Below, one piece after another: positions 1-17,228 of a stretch of 64,000 nucleotides of DNA. Each line of letters begins with the position of its first letter. The stretch's first letter is position 1. The translations under genes were made by a program, and so were the position numbers. The stretch is from Macrostomum lignano (Eukaryota). The DNA lies in the NCBI GenBank assembly GCA_002269645.1, contig NIVC01001843.1, positions 1 through 64,000 of the forward strand. Reading direction: 5' to 3'. The notes under the pieces are model-generated. The model did not search any database, was not told the origin of the DNA, and saw nothing but the letters and a program-made list of their open reading frames with translations.

Positions 1-500
1 CAGTTTAGTACCGACCACCCAGTTTAGTATCCCCGGACACCAGTTTAGTAGCCCTTCGGACACCCTAGTTTAGTACCCTCGGACACCAGGTTTAGTACGC
101 GACACGCAGTTTAGTATCCTCGGACACGCAGTTTAGTATCACACCAGTTTAGTATCCCTCGGACACCAGTTTAGTATCCCTCGGACACGTTTAGTATCCC
201 TCGGACACCCAGTTTGGTACCCCTCGGACACCTAGCTTGTTACCCTTCAGACACCCAGTTTAGTACCCTTCGGACACCCAGTTTAGTATCCCTCGGACAC
301 CCAGTTTAGTATCCCTCGGACACCCAGTTTAGTATCCCTCGAACACCCAGTTTAGTATCCCTCGACACCCAGTTTAGTATCCCTCGGACACCCAGTTTAG
401 TATCCCTCGGACACCCAGTTTAGTATCCCTCGGACACCCAGTTTAGTATCCCTCGGACACACAGTTTAGTATCCCTCGGACACCCAGTTTAGTACCCCCT
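1..500. repeat. ~23-bp minisatellite (CCCAGTTTAGTATCCCTCGGACA)n, intronic upstream of the first visible TTLL exon
   Basis: Direct tandem units; many small indels in the first ~250 bp. Confidence 0.95.
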
Positions 501-548
501 ACTGACACTGTTTCCCCCCCCCCTCTAAAAAATCCATATCTCACAAAG

Positions 549-3500
549 GATCGAAGAGCTGATGTCGCACCTGCGGTGGCAGGACAGGACCAAGGTCAAC
601 CAGGTGGCCATCACCAAACGATCGCATCATTTAGTGTGGCGCTACGGCTACTCCGGCTTGTCGCCAACGCCTCTGCGGCAGCTTATCCAGGTTAATACAA
701 GCAGCGGGAGAGTGTGCACAAGCTTAATGAATAAAAGTTAATTCCCTATCTAACAGGTGGCATTACCTATCGAACATCTGACATTTCCTATCTAACTAGT
801 GACATTACCTAGTTAACATATTACATTCTCCCTACCTAACATGTAACATTCCCTATCTAACGGGTCACATTCCCTGTCTAACAGGGACATTCTCTATCTA
901 ACATCTGACATCCCTTATCTAACATCTGACATTCCCTATCTAACATCTGAAATTCCTATCTAACACGTGACATCCCTGTCTAACACGTGACATCCCTATC
1001 TAACAGTTGACATTTTCCCTGTCTAACAGGTGACATTCCCTATCTAACAGGTGACATTCCCTATCTAACACGTGACATCCCTATCTTACAAGAAAAGAGA
1101 AATTAATTTTTTCAATAAAAAAAAAGTTTGAAAGCAGAAACAGTCTAAAATCCATCCAGAGGACTCAATCCTGAGCCGAATCAACTGTCGCATTCGAATG
1201 TCCAGCAAGTGCGGCCTGTACAAGCTGCTGTGGATGAACCGAAGTCCGCACGCCCCGGACGAACTTCAGATGAACGCTCTGCTGCCCAAGTCCTACCTGC
1301 TGCATCCCATGAGCGACGAGTTTAGACGAGAAATTCGTGAGTGTTCTTGAAACTGAAAAACCTGATGGCTTGGGGATATTATTATGAAACTTTAATCAAC
1401 ATAACTTAGTCCTTTTTTAGAACCCTTTTGACTTCAATGGTCATAATGTAATTAAAATTATAGTTGAAACAGTAATTATTCATTAAATATAGAATTTTCG
1501 ACAATATTTCCGACTACACAGTACATGCTTACTTAACATGTGACATTCCTTATCTAACAGGGGACATTCCTAATCTAACATTTGACATTCCAGATCTAAC
1601 ATGTGAAATTCCTTATCTAACATGTGACATTCCATATCTATCGGGTGACCTTCCTTATCTAACAGATGACATTACATATCTAACATGTGACATTCCATAT
1701 CTATCGGGTGACCTTCATTATCTAACAGATGACATTCCATATCTAACATGTGACATTCCATATCTATCGGGTGACCTTCATTATCTAACAGATGACATTC
1801 CATATCTAACAGATGACATCCATATCTAACAGATGACATCCCATATCTAACAGATGACATTCCTTATCTAGCATGTGAATTTCCTTATCTAATAGGTGAA
1901 TTCCTTATCTAACATGTGCCATTCGTTATCTAACACGTACCATTCCTTATCTATCAGGTTATATTCCCAATCTAACAGATGACATTTTTTATCTAACATG
2001 TGACATTCCTTACCTGACAGGTGAAATTTATTGTCTAACAGGTAAAATCTTTATCGAATATGTGACATTCCTAATCTAACACTTGGCACCCCTATCTAAC
2101 ACGTCCACTTAACAACTGTTTGTCACTTTTATTACATCACTTATTCGGCAGTCCAACAGTGCATCAGGTAAAAGTACATTCCTCTGATGCACCCTAGCGA
2201 ATGCCTATTAAATATCAAACGATATTATGCAGAATTCACTGCCTCAGCCTCTCCAGCACGCCCCAGAGCTATACACGTGACACGGTTGCCAGGACACTGA
2301 ATGCACTAAATAACCTTGCATCATATAGACTCATTGCATTCAGGAGAATTTTCTCACAGATTCTCCAACCCACTCCAGAGCGACCGGGGACAACTTGGAT
2401 TCTGAAGCCTAGCAACTCAAGCCAGGGCTCCGAGCTCAAGCTCTATCGATCTAGCGGCGACTTAAAAGAGTTCGCCACTCTGGTTCAGGAGCAATTTAAA
2501 AATTTCAACGCCGGCGACATTCTGGTGCAAAAGTGAGCTCTCTGTTTGCTTGCAGAAAATCGAAGTTTCACATTGCCATAACTTCTCCATAATACCGATA
2601 ATTAAGGTATTAATCCCTTAATTAGAGATCCCATCATTCAGATATTAGTCCCCTAATTAGAGATCCCACTATCCAGGTATTAATCCCCTAATTAGAGATC
2701 CCACTATCCAGGTATTAATCCCCTAATTAGAGATCCCACTATCCGGGGATTATTCTCGCCAGTTGGAGATCTTATAGGATTCATCCTCTAAATTAGAGAA
2801 CCCATGATATCAATCCTATTAATTAGGGATTACCTGATACAGGTAATAACCACCCCCAATTAGAGATACTATTGATCCAGGTATTAATCCCAAATAAAAT
2901 CCTAATCTGATTTCGACATCGTGAAACGATCGAGCCCTCTAAACTTCTGTGTCGCAAATGAAGGTACATTGACGACCCTCTGCTAGTTGACAAGCGCAAG
3001 TTCGATTTGCGCGTATTCCTACTAGTAGTACCGCATCAGGAGAAGAACACTCTGTTTGCTTTCTACCATCCGGATACGTTCGGCTAACCTGCCGACGCTA
3101 CGAGAAGGACAGCACAACCCTGACTGTGCACCTGACTAACCAGGCCTGCAAAAACGCGATCCACGCTACCAGAGGGTCAAAGAGGCCACCACATGGTCGC
3201 CAGGGGAGTTGAACTGCTACTTTAACAAGCGTCACAGGGAGTTGGACATTGGTCTGGACTGGGTGCACAACCGGCTGCACCCAAGGATTAAAGCTATTCT
3301 GGGCTACATTGTCTCCCTCATGAACGGCATGGAGATTCGGGGGCGACGCTGCTTCGAAATATTCGGCTGCGACTTTCTTATTGACAGTCGAATGCAGGTG
3401 AGGCTCAATTTTAAATTGTTGAAATTCATTCGTCATTATTCAGGTGATAATCCCCTAATAAGAGATCCCATCATCCATGTGTTAGTCCCCTAATTAGAGA

Positions 3501-4176
3501 TCTAATTATCCAGGTGTTAATCTCCTAATTAGAGATCCCATCATTTAGGTGTTAATCCTCTAATTAGAGATCCCATCATCCAGGTGTTAACCCCTAATTA
3601 GAGATCCCATCATCCAGGTGTTAACCCCTAATTAGAGATCCCATCATCCAGATGTTAATCCCCTAATTAGAGATCTAATTATCCAGGTGTTAATCTCCTA
3701 ATTAGAGATCCCATCATCCAGGTGACAATCCCCTAATTGAAGATTCGCATCATTCAGGTGTTAATTCCCTAATTAGAGATCCCATCATCCAGATGTTAAT
3801 CCCCTAGTTAGAGATCGCATTTTTCAGGTATTAAGATCTAATTTCAGGGTCCCCACATTGTAAAGTGAAAGTTATCGATCGTCCAGCATGAACACTTGAG
3901 ACTTTTGCCCATGCTCAATAATGCCCTAAGTCTATTTAAACAAATTAAAACTGACAAAACTAACAGGTATGGCTAATTGACATCAACTCGAGTCCATCGC
4001 TATCAACTCACACCGAGGTGCTGAAACGCCTCATGCCTGGCGTCATCCAGGAGGCAGTCGGTCTCGCTCTGGAAGTGGTCTACAAATCGCGCAAATTCAA
4101 ATTCATTTATCCGCTGGTGTTTCAAAATAATTATTCGCTAATATTCGATGGCCAGACTTCAACCAGTCTGTACTGA
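549..4176 (+). CDS. TTLL10: TTLL10-like tubulin glycylase, paralog A (5' end upstream of window; apparent 1-nt frameshifts)
   Basis: Exons ~549-690, 1160-1336, 2379-2532, 2964-3397, 3967-4176 with GT-AG boundaries. TTL-domain motifs: WILKPSNSSQG, VQK|YIDDPLLVDKRKFDLRVFLL, HLTNQ, FEIFGCDFLID, VWLIDINSSPSL. TTLL10-like features: KEATTWS..LN.Y, DWV...L, EVL...PGVI.E. An open frame needs +1 nt at ~658, ~3072 and ~3145. Confidence 0.8.
735..2105. repeat. ~21-bp minisatellite (GACATTCCCTATCTAACAGGT)n in two blocks (~735-1090, ~1530-2105) flanking TTLL-A exon 1160-1336
   Basis: Same unit family in the same orientation in two consecutive introns. Confidence 0.9.
2595..3840. repeat. ~35-bp minisatellite (CCCTAATTAGAGATCCCATCATCCAGGTGTTAAT)n in two blocks (~2595-2890, ~3440-3840) flanking TTLL-A exon 2964-3397
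   Basis: Same unit family in two consecutive introns. Confidence 0.9.
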
Positions 4177-4514
4177 CTGACTTCAACCTGAGACTTGCAA
4201 TACCCAAACAGAACTTCAACTATAAGCGTATGCATGTTTAAATCGAAAATTGTAGTAAGGCCTTTCAAAAACAAGAGCATTCATTGAGTTCAATGTATTT
4301 ATTTTGTCATACATTTCTGCACTCATTAACAGATAGATACAAATTGGGTAAAACTGAAGCTTGCTTTTTTATGGCCTCGTATTAAGAATGAGTTGCCACG
4401 TGTTAGAAGACGAAACGAGATATCTCAATAAACCAGTAAAGAATTATCATTTCTGTGGCTTTCTGGCTTGCTAATTGTTTCTTTCATTGTTGCTTCAGAG
4501 TAGATTGACACTTC

Positions 4515-5385
4515 ACTTCGGTGCCAGACACTAAGGGGTGCCAGACACTTCGGCGCCAGACACTTAGGTGCCAGACACTTAAGTGCCAGACACTTCGGTG
4601 CCAGACACGGTACCAGACACTTAAGTGCTAGACACTTCGGTGCCAGACACTTCGGTGCCAGACACTTCGGTGCCAGACACTTCAGTGCCAGACGCTTAGG
4701 TGCCAAATTGTTTGGGACGTAAGTGTCTGGCCCCGCATTGTCTAGGACATAAGTGTCTGGCACCGAAGTGTCTGGCACTTAAGTGTCTGGTACCGTGTCT
4801 GGTACCTACGTGTCTGGCACCTAAGTGTCTGGTACCGTGTCTGGCACCGAAGTGTCTGGCACCGAAGTTTCAGGGACATTAGTGTCTGGCACCTTTGTGT
4901 CTTGCACCGAAGTGTCTTGCACCGAAGTGTCAGGGACATTAGTGTCTGGCACCTTTGTGTCTTGCACCGAAGTGTCAGGGACATTAGTGTCTGGCACCTT
5001 TGTGTCTTGCACCGAAGTGTCAGAGACATTAGTGTCTGGCACCTTTGTGTCTTGCACCGAAGTGTCAGGGACATTAGTGTCTGGCACCTTTGTGTCTTGC
5101 ACCGAAGTGTCAGAGACATTAGTGTCTGGCACCTTTGTGTCTTGCACCGAAGTGTCAGGGACATTAGTGTCTGGCACCTTTGTGTCTTGCACCGAAGTGT
5201 CTTGCACCGAAGTGTCTTGCACCGAAGTGTCTTGCACCGAAGTGTCTTGCACCGAAGTGTCTTGCACCGAAGTGTCTTGCACCGAAGTGTCTTGCACCGA
5301 AGTGTCTTGCACCGAAGTGTCTTGCACCGAAGTGTCTTGCACCGAAGTGTCTTGCACCGAAGTGTCTTGCACCTAAGTGTCTGGC
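4515..5385. repeat. Palindromic array of 15-bp units (GTGCCAGACACTTCG facing AAGTGTCT(G/T)GCACCG); MITE/foldback-like
   Basis: 4515-4705 units in one orientation and 4720-5385 in the reverse-complement orientation, with a 57-bp higher-order unit at 4860-5190. Confidence 0.85.
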
Positions 5386-5909
5386 TTCCCAACCCCAAAT
5401 GGTCAAGTGCTCTCAGATTGCATCAGCCCCAAGTGACGCATTTCATAGCACTGTAGGTGATTCAATTTCATAACTCAGGAGAGTTAATTATGCTTAGAAA
5501 CTGGATCAACATATCGACAGACGAGATTGAACTTTGCGTCTATGGTCACCACGAAGACTTTTTGTTTGCTGACTTCTTGAGTTTTTATTCCAAATGCCAT
5601 CAATACGGCAGAACGACACAACCTGCCGTTATGAGTACGACACGTTGGTGCTGCAATCAAGAAGAGAATTAGCTTATAGGGTCCGCCCAAGTCGCCTGCG
5701 GGCCATAGACAGTGCTTCTTAAATTCCCACAATACGAGGCGCCTAACCTTCAAACGAGAGAGCCAAGACCAGACGCGAACAATTTTTGCCCAGCATGGCT
5801 TGCCAAGCATAGCAAATTGTCGTTAAAAAAATAGCAGTTGTTTTTCAGGGCATCAATCACCACACCAGCTAATCCGGCCGGAAACAGCCGATCCGGCCGG
5901 AGGCGGCCA

Positions 5910-11099
<5,190 letters not shown>

Positions 11100-11704
11100 G
11101 TCGGAATTTAAGAGAGACACAAAGTCTGAACTGATTACTTCTAGTAGACTTTAAGCTCTTTATGATGCTCTGCATTTTTTAGGTTATCAAAAAGAAACAA
11201 CTCGCGCGTGAACGAATTTTAGAAATGGAAAAAAACAAGGGTTTGCAAGACAACTCAAAATAATGTTTGGAAAAATGTCCCACTTAGACTACTGATCTAA
11301 GTAGCGTCCTGGGGATGGGTCAAGTGGCTTTTTTCAGGGAGAATTTTGAGGCAAAAAATTGTATCTCCTAAAAAGTCGTGGCCTAAGAAAAGGGTGTTCA
11401 ATTTTTGTCAATAAGTTTCTTTTTTTGAATTTTGAATTCGCTATAACAAAGAAATGAAATTTACAAACCCGAACGCATATTTTCTATTTAGTTCCTGCCG
11501 AACGCTTTTCAAACATGGACGAATTATTCGAGTTCAAGGAGGAGACCGAAGTATACACCCAGTTACAAAAGGGCAAAGCAATGCAAAAATGATGCTTTTT
11601 TTGGTGCTAAATTTTTATTGTGACAATTGTTTCTTCTTGGCAGAGACGGTCGCTTTTGTTATAATATAGTCTAGCTATATACTTATGATTTTCATCTTAT
11701 TTAA

Positions 11705-12790
11705 TTGGTCAGGAGGCGCCAAGTTTAATTATGGCCAGGAGGCGCCAAGTTTAAATGGTCAAAAGGCGCCAAGTTTAAAGTAGTCAGGAGGCGCCAAGGT
11801 TAATCATGATCAGAAGGCGCTAAGTTTAATCATGGTCAGAAGGCGCCAAGTTCAATTGGTCAGGAGGCGCCAAGTTCAATTGGTTAGGAGGCGCCAAGTT
11901 TAATTGGTCAGGAGGCGCCAAGTTCAATTGGTCAGGAGGCGCCAAGTTTAATTGGTCAGAAGGCGCCAAGTTAAAATGGTCAGAAGGCGCCAAGTTCAAT
12001 TGGTCAGGAGGCGCCAAGTTTAATTGGTCAGAAGGCGCCAAGTTAAAATGGTCAGAAGGCGCCCAGTTTAATTGGTCAGAAGGCGCCAAGTTAAAATGGT
12101 CAGAAGGCGCCCAGTTTAATTGGTCAGAAGGCGCCAGTTTAATTGGACCAGTTTAATTGGTCAGAAGTTAAAATGGTCAGAAGGTGCCCAGTTAAAATGG
12201 TCAGAAGGCGCCAAGTTCAATTGGTCAGGAGGCGCCAAGTTTAATTGGTCAGAAGGCGCCAAGTTAAAATGGTCAGAAGGTGCCCAGTTAAAATGGTCAG
12301 AAGGCGCCAAGTTCAATTGGTCAGGAGGCGCCAAGTTTAATTGGTCAGAAGGCGCCTATTTAAAATGGTCAGAAGGCGCCCAGTTAAAATGGTCAGGAGG
12401 CGCCAAGTTAAAATGGTCAGAAGGCGCCAAGTTAAAATGGTCAGAAGGCGCCCAGTTTAAATGGTCAGGAGGCATAAAGTTCAGTCATGGTCAGAAGGCG
12501 CCCAGTTCAAATGGTCAGGAGGCGCCAAGTTTAATTGGTCATAAGGCGCCCAGTTAAAATGGTCAGGAGGCGCCAAGTTTAATTGGTCAGAAGGCGCCCA
12601 GTTAAAATGGTCAGGAGGCGCCAAGTTTAATTGGTCAGAAGGTGCCAAGTTAAAATGGTCAGAAGGTGCCCAGTTAAAATGGTCAGGAGGCATAAAGTTC
12701 AGTCATGGTCAGAAGGTGCCCAGTTTAATTGTTTAGAACTTCAGAAGGCGCCATGCACGTTCAAATGGTCATAAGGCGCCAAGTTAAAAA
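11705..12790. repeat. 24-bp minisatellite (GGTCAGAAGGCGCCAAGTTAAAAT)n
   Basis: Direct tandem units with a GGCGCC core. Confidence 0.95.
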
Positions 12791-13309
12791 TAGTTAGGAG
12801 GCGTGAGTGTGAAGTAAGAGAAGAGTCACGTGCTTGGGCCCTGCTCCATTTTTGCTGCCGTTAGCTAATACATCAAGGAGCCCGACAAAGCTCGAACAAG
12901 ATCAGAAGATACGCCTACTATAGACAAAAAACTCCATAAAGCCATTAATGTGTCAAACGTCAATAAAAGAGCTTCCGTTTCGCCACTATATGCAGAGTAA
13001 TCAATTAGCATTTCACTGATCCAATCTCTGATAAGAAAATGTTGAGCACGTGAACAAACTTAAGTGTGAAAAAATTCTATAATAATTAATATTACAGTGC
13101 ACGTATACGCTAGTAATAGCATATTCTTGTCTCGTAACCATGGAAGTGGCACATTTTCAAGCGCCTTCGATGTCATGCAATCTGAAGCAGAGTTCTGTAA
13201 TATAACGATATTGAATTATCTATGGCTTCTAGTGCCTCTCTGCATGTGACCGAATCTTAGGATTGCACACGTGGCTCCTTTCATCGCCCGGCTATAGCTA
13301 AAAGGGTTC

Positions 13310-13835
13310 TCTCCTCTACCTTCTCTCTCATGCCTTCTCAACTATCCTTTCATCCCTTCTCTCCTCTCCCTTCTCCTCTCTCCCTTCTCTCCTCTCCCTT
13401 CTCTCCTCTTCCTTCTCTCCTCTTCCTTCTCTCCTCTCCCTCTCTCCTTTCTCGCCTCTCCCTTCTAATCTCTCCCTTCTCCTCTCTTCCTTCTCTCCTC
13501 TTCCTTCTCTCCTCTTCCTTCTCTCCTCTCCCTTCTCTCCTCTCCCTTCTCTCCTCTTCCTTCTCTCCTCTTCCTTCTCTCCTCTCCCTTCTCTCCTCTT
13601 CCTTCTCTCCTCTCCCTTCTCTCCTCTTCCTTCTCTCCTCTCCCTTCTCTCCTCTTCCTTCTCTCCTCTTCCTTCTCTCCTCTTCCTTCTCTCCTCTCCC
13701 TTCTCTCCTCTCCCTTCTCTCCTCTTCCTTCTCTCCTCTTCCTTCTCTCCTCTCCCTTCTCTCCTCTCCCTTCTCTTCTCTCCCTTCTCTCCTCTCCCTT
13801 CTCTTCTCTCCCTTCTCACTTTCTCCCCTCTCCCC
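13310..13835. repeat. Polypyrimidine/polypurine satellite (CTCTCCTCT(T/C)CCTT)n
   Basis: Almost pure C/T on the + strand. Confidence 0.95.
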
Positions 13836-14289
13836 CTAATTCCATCTCCCAATCAAATTAAAAGATATCGTCTGTAAAACCAACAAAGAATTAAAATAAT
13901 ACTAGAATATTTTCAAATCTGACTGAGGATCCTTATACATCTGAACATTTTTTAGAACAATCCGGCAGATCCCTAAGCTCAACCCCTAAGTAGCGCAGGC
14001 CAATGAGCAGTCAGCCTCGTGGTCCGACTCCTCCGAAATCCGCAGCTACCGCAGCCAATGAGACTCGCCGCTCAAGAAGATTTCAAACAGTTCTCAGAGC
14101 CCGGACCAAAATCTGGACTGAGATCGCCAAGCAGCCGGGGTCCTATATAAAGTGGAAAAAGTTACTTTTGTTCGGGAAAAATCAGACGATTCGTTGAGCA
14201 GTAAATCGATCAAAACCAAAGCTAGGTTGGAACTCGATTTACCACAGCAAGCATCAGACAGCCATTGTTTTTTTCAGGTAAGTTTTATG

Positions 14290-15405
14290 TTTAAAATTAT
14301 TGCACGGTTGGGTAAATATAGTGGGTACTCTATCGGTGCCTCTATCAGTGCCTTTATCAGTGCCTTTATCAGTGCCTCTATCAGTGCCTCTATCGGTGCC
14401 TCTATCAGTGCCTTTATCAGTGCCTTTATCAGTGCCTCTATCAGTGCCTCTATCGGTGCCTCTATCAGTGCCTTTATCAGTGCCTTTATCAGTGCCTCTA
14501 TCAGTGCCTTTATCAGTGCCTTTATCAGTGCCTCTATCGGTGCCTCTATCAGTGCCTTTATCAGTGCCTTTATCAGTGCCTCTATCAGTGCCTCTATCGG
14601 TGCCTCTATCAGTGCCTTTATCAGTGCCTTTATCAGTGCCTCTATCAGTGCCTCTATCGGTGCCTCTATCAGTGCCTTTATCAGTGCCTTTATCAGTGCC
14701 TTTATCAGTGCCTCTATCAGTGCCTCTATCAGTGCCTCTATCGGTGCCTCTATCAGTGCCTTTATCAGTGCCTTTATCAGTGCCTCTATCAGTGCCTCTA
14801 TCGGTGCCTCTATCAGTGCCTTTATCAGTGCCTTTATCAGTGCCTTTATCAGTGCCTCTATCAGTGCCTCTATCAGTGCCTCTATCGGTGCCTCTATCAG
14901 TGCCTTTATCAGTGCCTTTATCAGTGCCTCTATCAGTGCCTCTATCGGTGCCTCTATCAGTGCCTTTATCAGTGCCTTTATCAGTGCCTCTATCAGTGCC
15001 TCTATCAGTGCCTTTATCAGTGCCTTTATCAGTGCCTTTATCAGTGCCTCTATCAGTGCCTCTATCAGTGCCTTTATCAGTGCCTCTATCAGTGCCTCTA
15101 TCAGTGCCTCTATCAGTGCCTTTATCAGTGCCTTTATCAGTGCCTCTATCAGTGCCTCTATCAGTGCCTCTATCAGTGCCTTTATCAGTGCCTCTATCAG
15201 TGCCTTTATCAGTGCCTTTATCAGTGCCTCTATCAGTGCCTCTATCAGTGCCTCTATCAGTGCCTTTATCAGTGCCTCTATCAGTGCCTCTATCAGTGCC
15301 TTTATCAGTGCCTCTATCAGTGCCTCTATCAGTGCCTTTATCAGTGCCTCTATCAGTGCCTCTATCAGTGCCTTTATCAGTGCCTCTATCAGTGCCTCTA
15401 TCAGT
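14290..15405. repeat. 12-bp minisatellite (ATCAGTGCCT(C/T)T)n with 60-bp higher-order periodicity
   Basis: Three unit variants (AGTGCCTCTATC, AGTGCCTTTATC, GGTGCCTCTATC); source of the [12 protein letters not shown] and IEAL spurious ORFs. Confidence 0.97.
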
Positions 15406-15409
15406 TCCT

Positions 15410-16735
15410 CTATTGTTGGGCCTGCCTCCCAGATCCTCAGTTGCTGGGCCACGGCCTTCCAGATCCTCAGTTGCTGGGCCACGGCCTCCCAGATCCTCAG
15501 TTGCTGGGCCACGGCCTCCCAGATCCTCAGTTGCTGGGCCACAGCCTCCCAGATGCTCAGTTGCTGGGCCACAGCCTCCCAGATCCTCAGTTGCTGGGCC
15601 AGCCTCTCAGATCCTCAGTTGCAAGCTGTGCCGCTATTCTGAAGAAATTCTCCAATTGCTTGTGGTAAAAATAGCAGAATTTCAAGCTGCAGACCATTGG
15701 GGAGGATTGGCAAGCCAAGTCTCTAGAAGGAATATGAGTTCCCCGTCTCGATGTGTGATGCCACTGGAGGCCTCTGGGCTTGAAAATTCAATTTGCGATG
15801 GCGATTAATCGGGTTTTACTTGGGCGATGGGGCCGGTCGGGAATATTTTCATCCCATGACTTAAGCCGGATTTCCTTTCCATCATCAGTTCTCAACCCGC
15901 GAACTCGAATAATTAAATCAATTCATCCTGGGTAAGGAATTTCTAAATCCATTTTTGCTACTAAAGCTATCTGTAAAACAGTGGAAGGAGCATACCTGCA
16001 TGCATTATGCATACCCGGATGTTGTAACATATTTATAACTATATAAGAGCTTCATCTGATCATTTTTGAATATGCTGAACCTGCACGGCTTTGAAATATT
16101 TATATAGAATTTAGTGCCATTTTCTGATAGAATAGCGGCTACAAAGTCAAGATATGAAATTCAATTAACACTTATGGCCTGCATGGTAGATAGCAGTTTC
16201 TCTGCACATAGTTCACAGGAGCGTCTGGGGATCTGGGAGGCTGTGGCCCAGCAACTGGGGATCTGGGAGGCTGGCCCAGCAACTGAGGATCTGGGAGGCT
16301 GTGGCCCAGCAACTGGGGATCTGGGAGGCTGGCCCAGCAACTGAGGATCTGGGAGTCTGTGGCCCAGCAACTGAGCATCTGGGAGGCTGGCCCAGCAACT
16401 GAGGATCTGGGAGGCTGGCCCAGCAACTGAGGATCTGGGAGTCTGTGGCCCAGCAACTGAGGATGTGGGAGTCTGTGGCCCAGCAACTGAGGATCTGGGA
16501 GGCTGGCCCAGCAACTGAGGATCTGGGAGGCTGGCCCAGCAACTGAGGATCTGGGAGGCTGGCCCAGCAACTGAGGATCTGGGAGGCTGGCCCAGAAGCT
16601 GAGGATCTGGGAGGCTGTTGTCCAGAAACCGAGGATCTGGGAGTCTGTGGTCGAGAAACTGACACTCTGGGAGGCTTTGGCCAACCAAATGAGAATCTGG
16701 GAGGCTGGCCCAGCAATCAAGGATCTGAGAAGAGA
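15410..16735. repeat. Inverted pair of ~28-30-bp minisatellite arrays (15410-15620 and 16225-16735) around a ~600-bp unique core
   Basis: CCCAGATCCTCAGTTGCTGGGCCA.. on the left is the reverse complement of ..TGGCCCAGCAACTGAGGATCTGGG on the right. Confidence 0.9.
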
Positions 16736-16821
16736 GTTATAAACCCAGCCGCAATGCCGCATAGAGCACGAAGAACTATATAGTATGCGATGTTTCAATT
16801 TCCAGAAGCCCGCAATCGGCA

Positions 16822-17193
16822 ATGCGCCTGGGACCCGAGTCAAACCCGGTGCTGATGAAGCAGAAGCTGCAGGACATGCCCTCTGACCATCCGGCCTATC
16901 TAAGCGACGCTCATCAGCAGAACCTGCAGTACCATCTGCAGCAGCAGCAGCAGCAGGATCATCAGTACCAGCAGAATCTCATGAACAGGAGCTTCTCCGA
17001 CAAGCTCAGCAACAGCAGCTGCAGCGGCGGCAGCAGCACCGATGGCATCGACTGCGGCGGCAGCGGATTTTACAACCCTTCCACCTTCCAGATGCAGTCG
17101 CAGCAGCAGTGCCTGACTTCGGCTGTCGATTTCAATAGCAGCGGCGGCACCGACCGGATGATGGAGGTGCAGCAGCCGGGGCTCATGCAGCCT

Positions 17194-17228
<35 letters not shown>

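Noticed and set aside
4425-5473. Cluster of long ORFs (CLAPK, QDTSV, SGTEV, GARHF repeats)
   Set aside because: Translations of a 15-bp tandem array that is open in many frames on both strands
11826-16843. Repeat-rich ORFs up to 502 aa (NLAP, ISAF, LSVP, IEAL, SQIL)
   Set aside because: Products of 24-, 12- and 28-30-bp arrays whose unit lengths lack stops; no coding context
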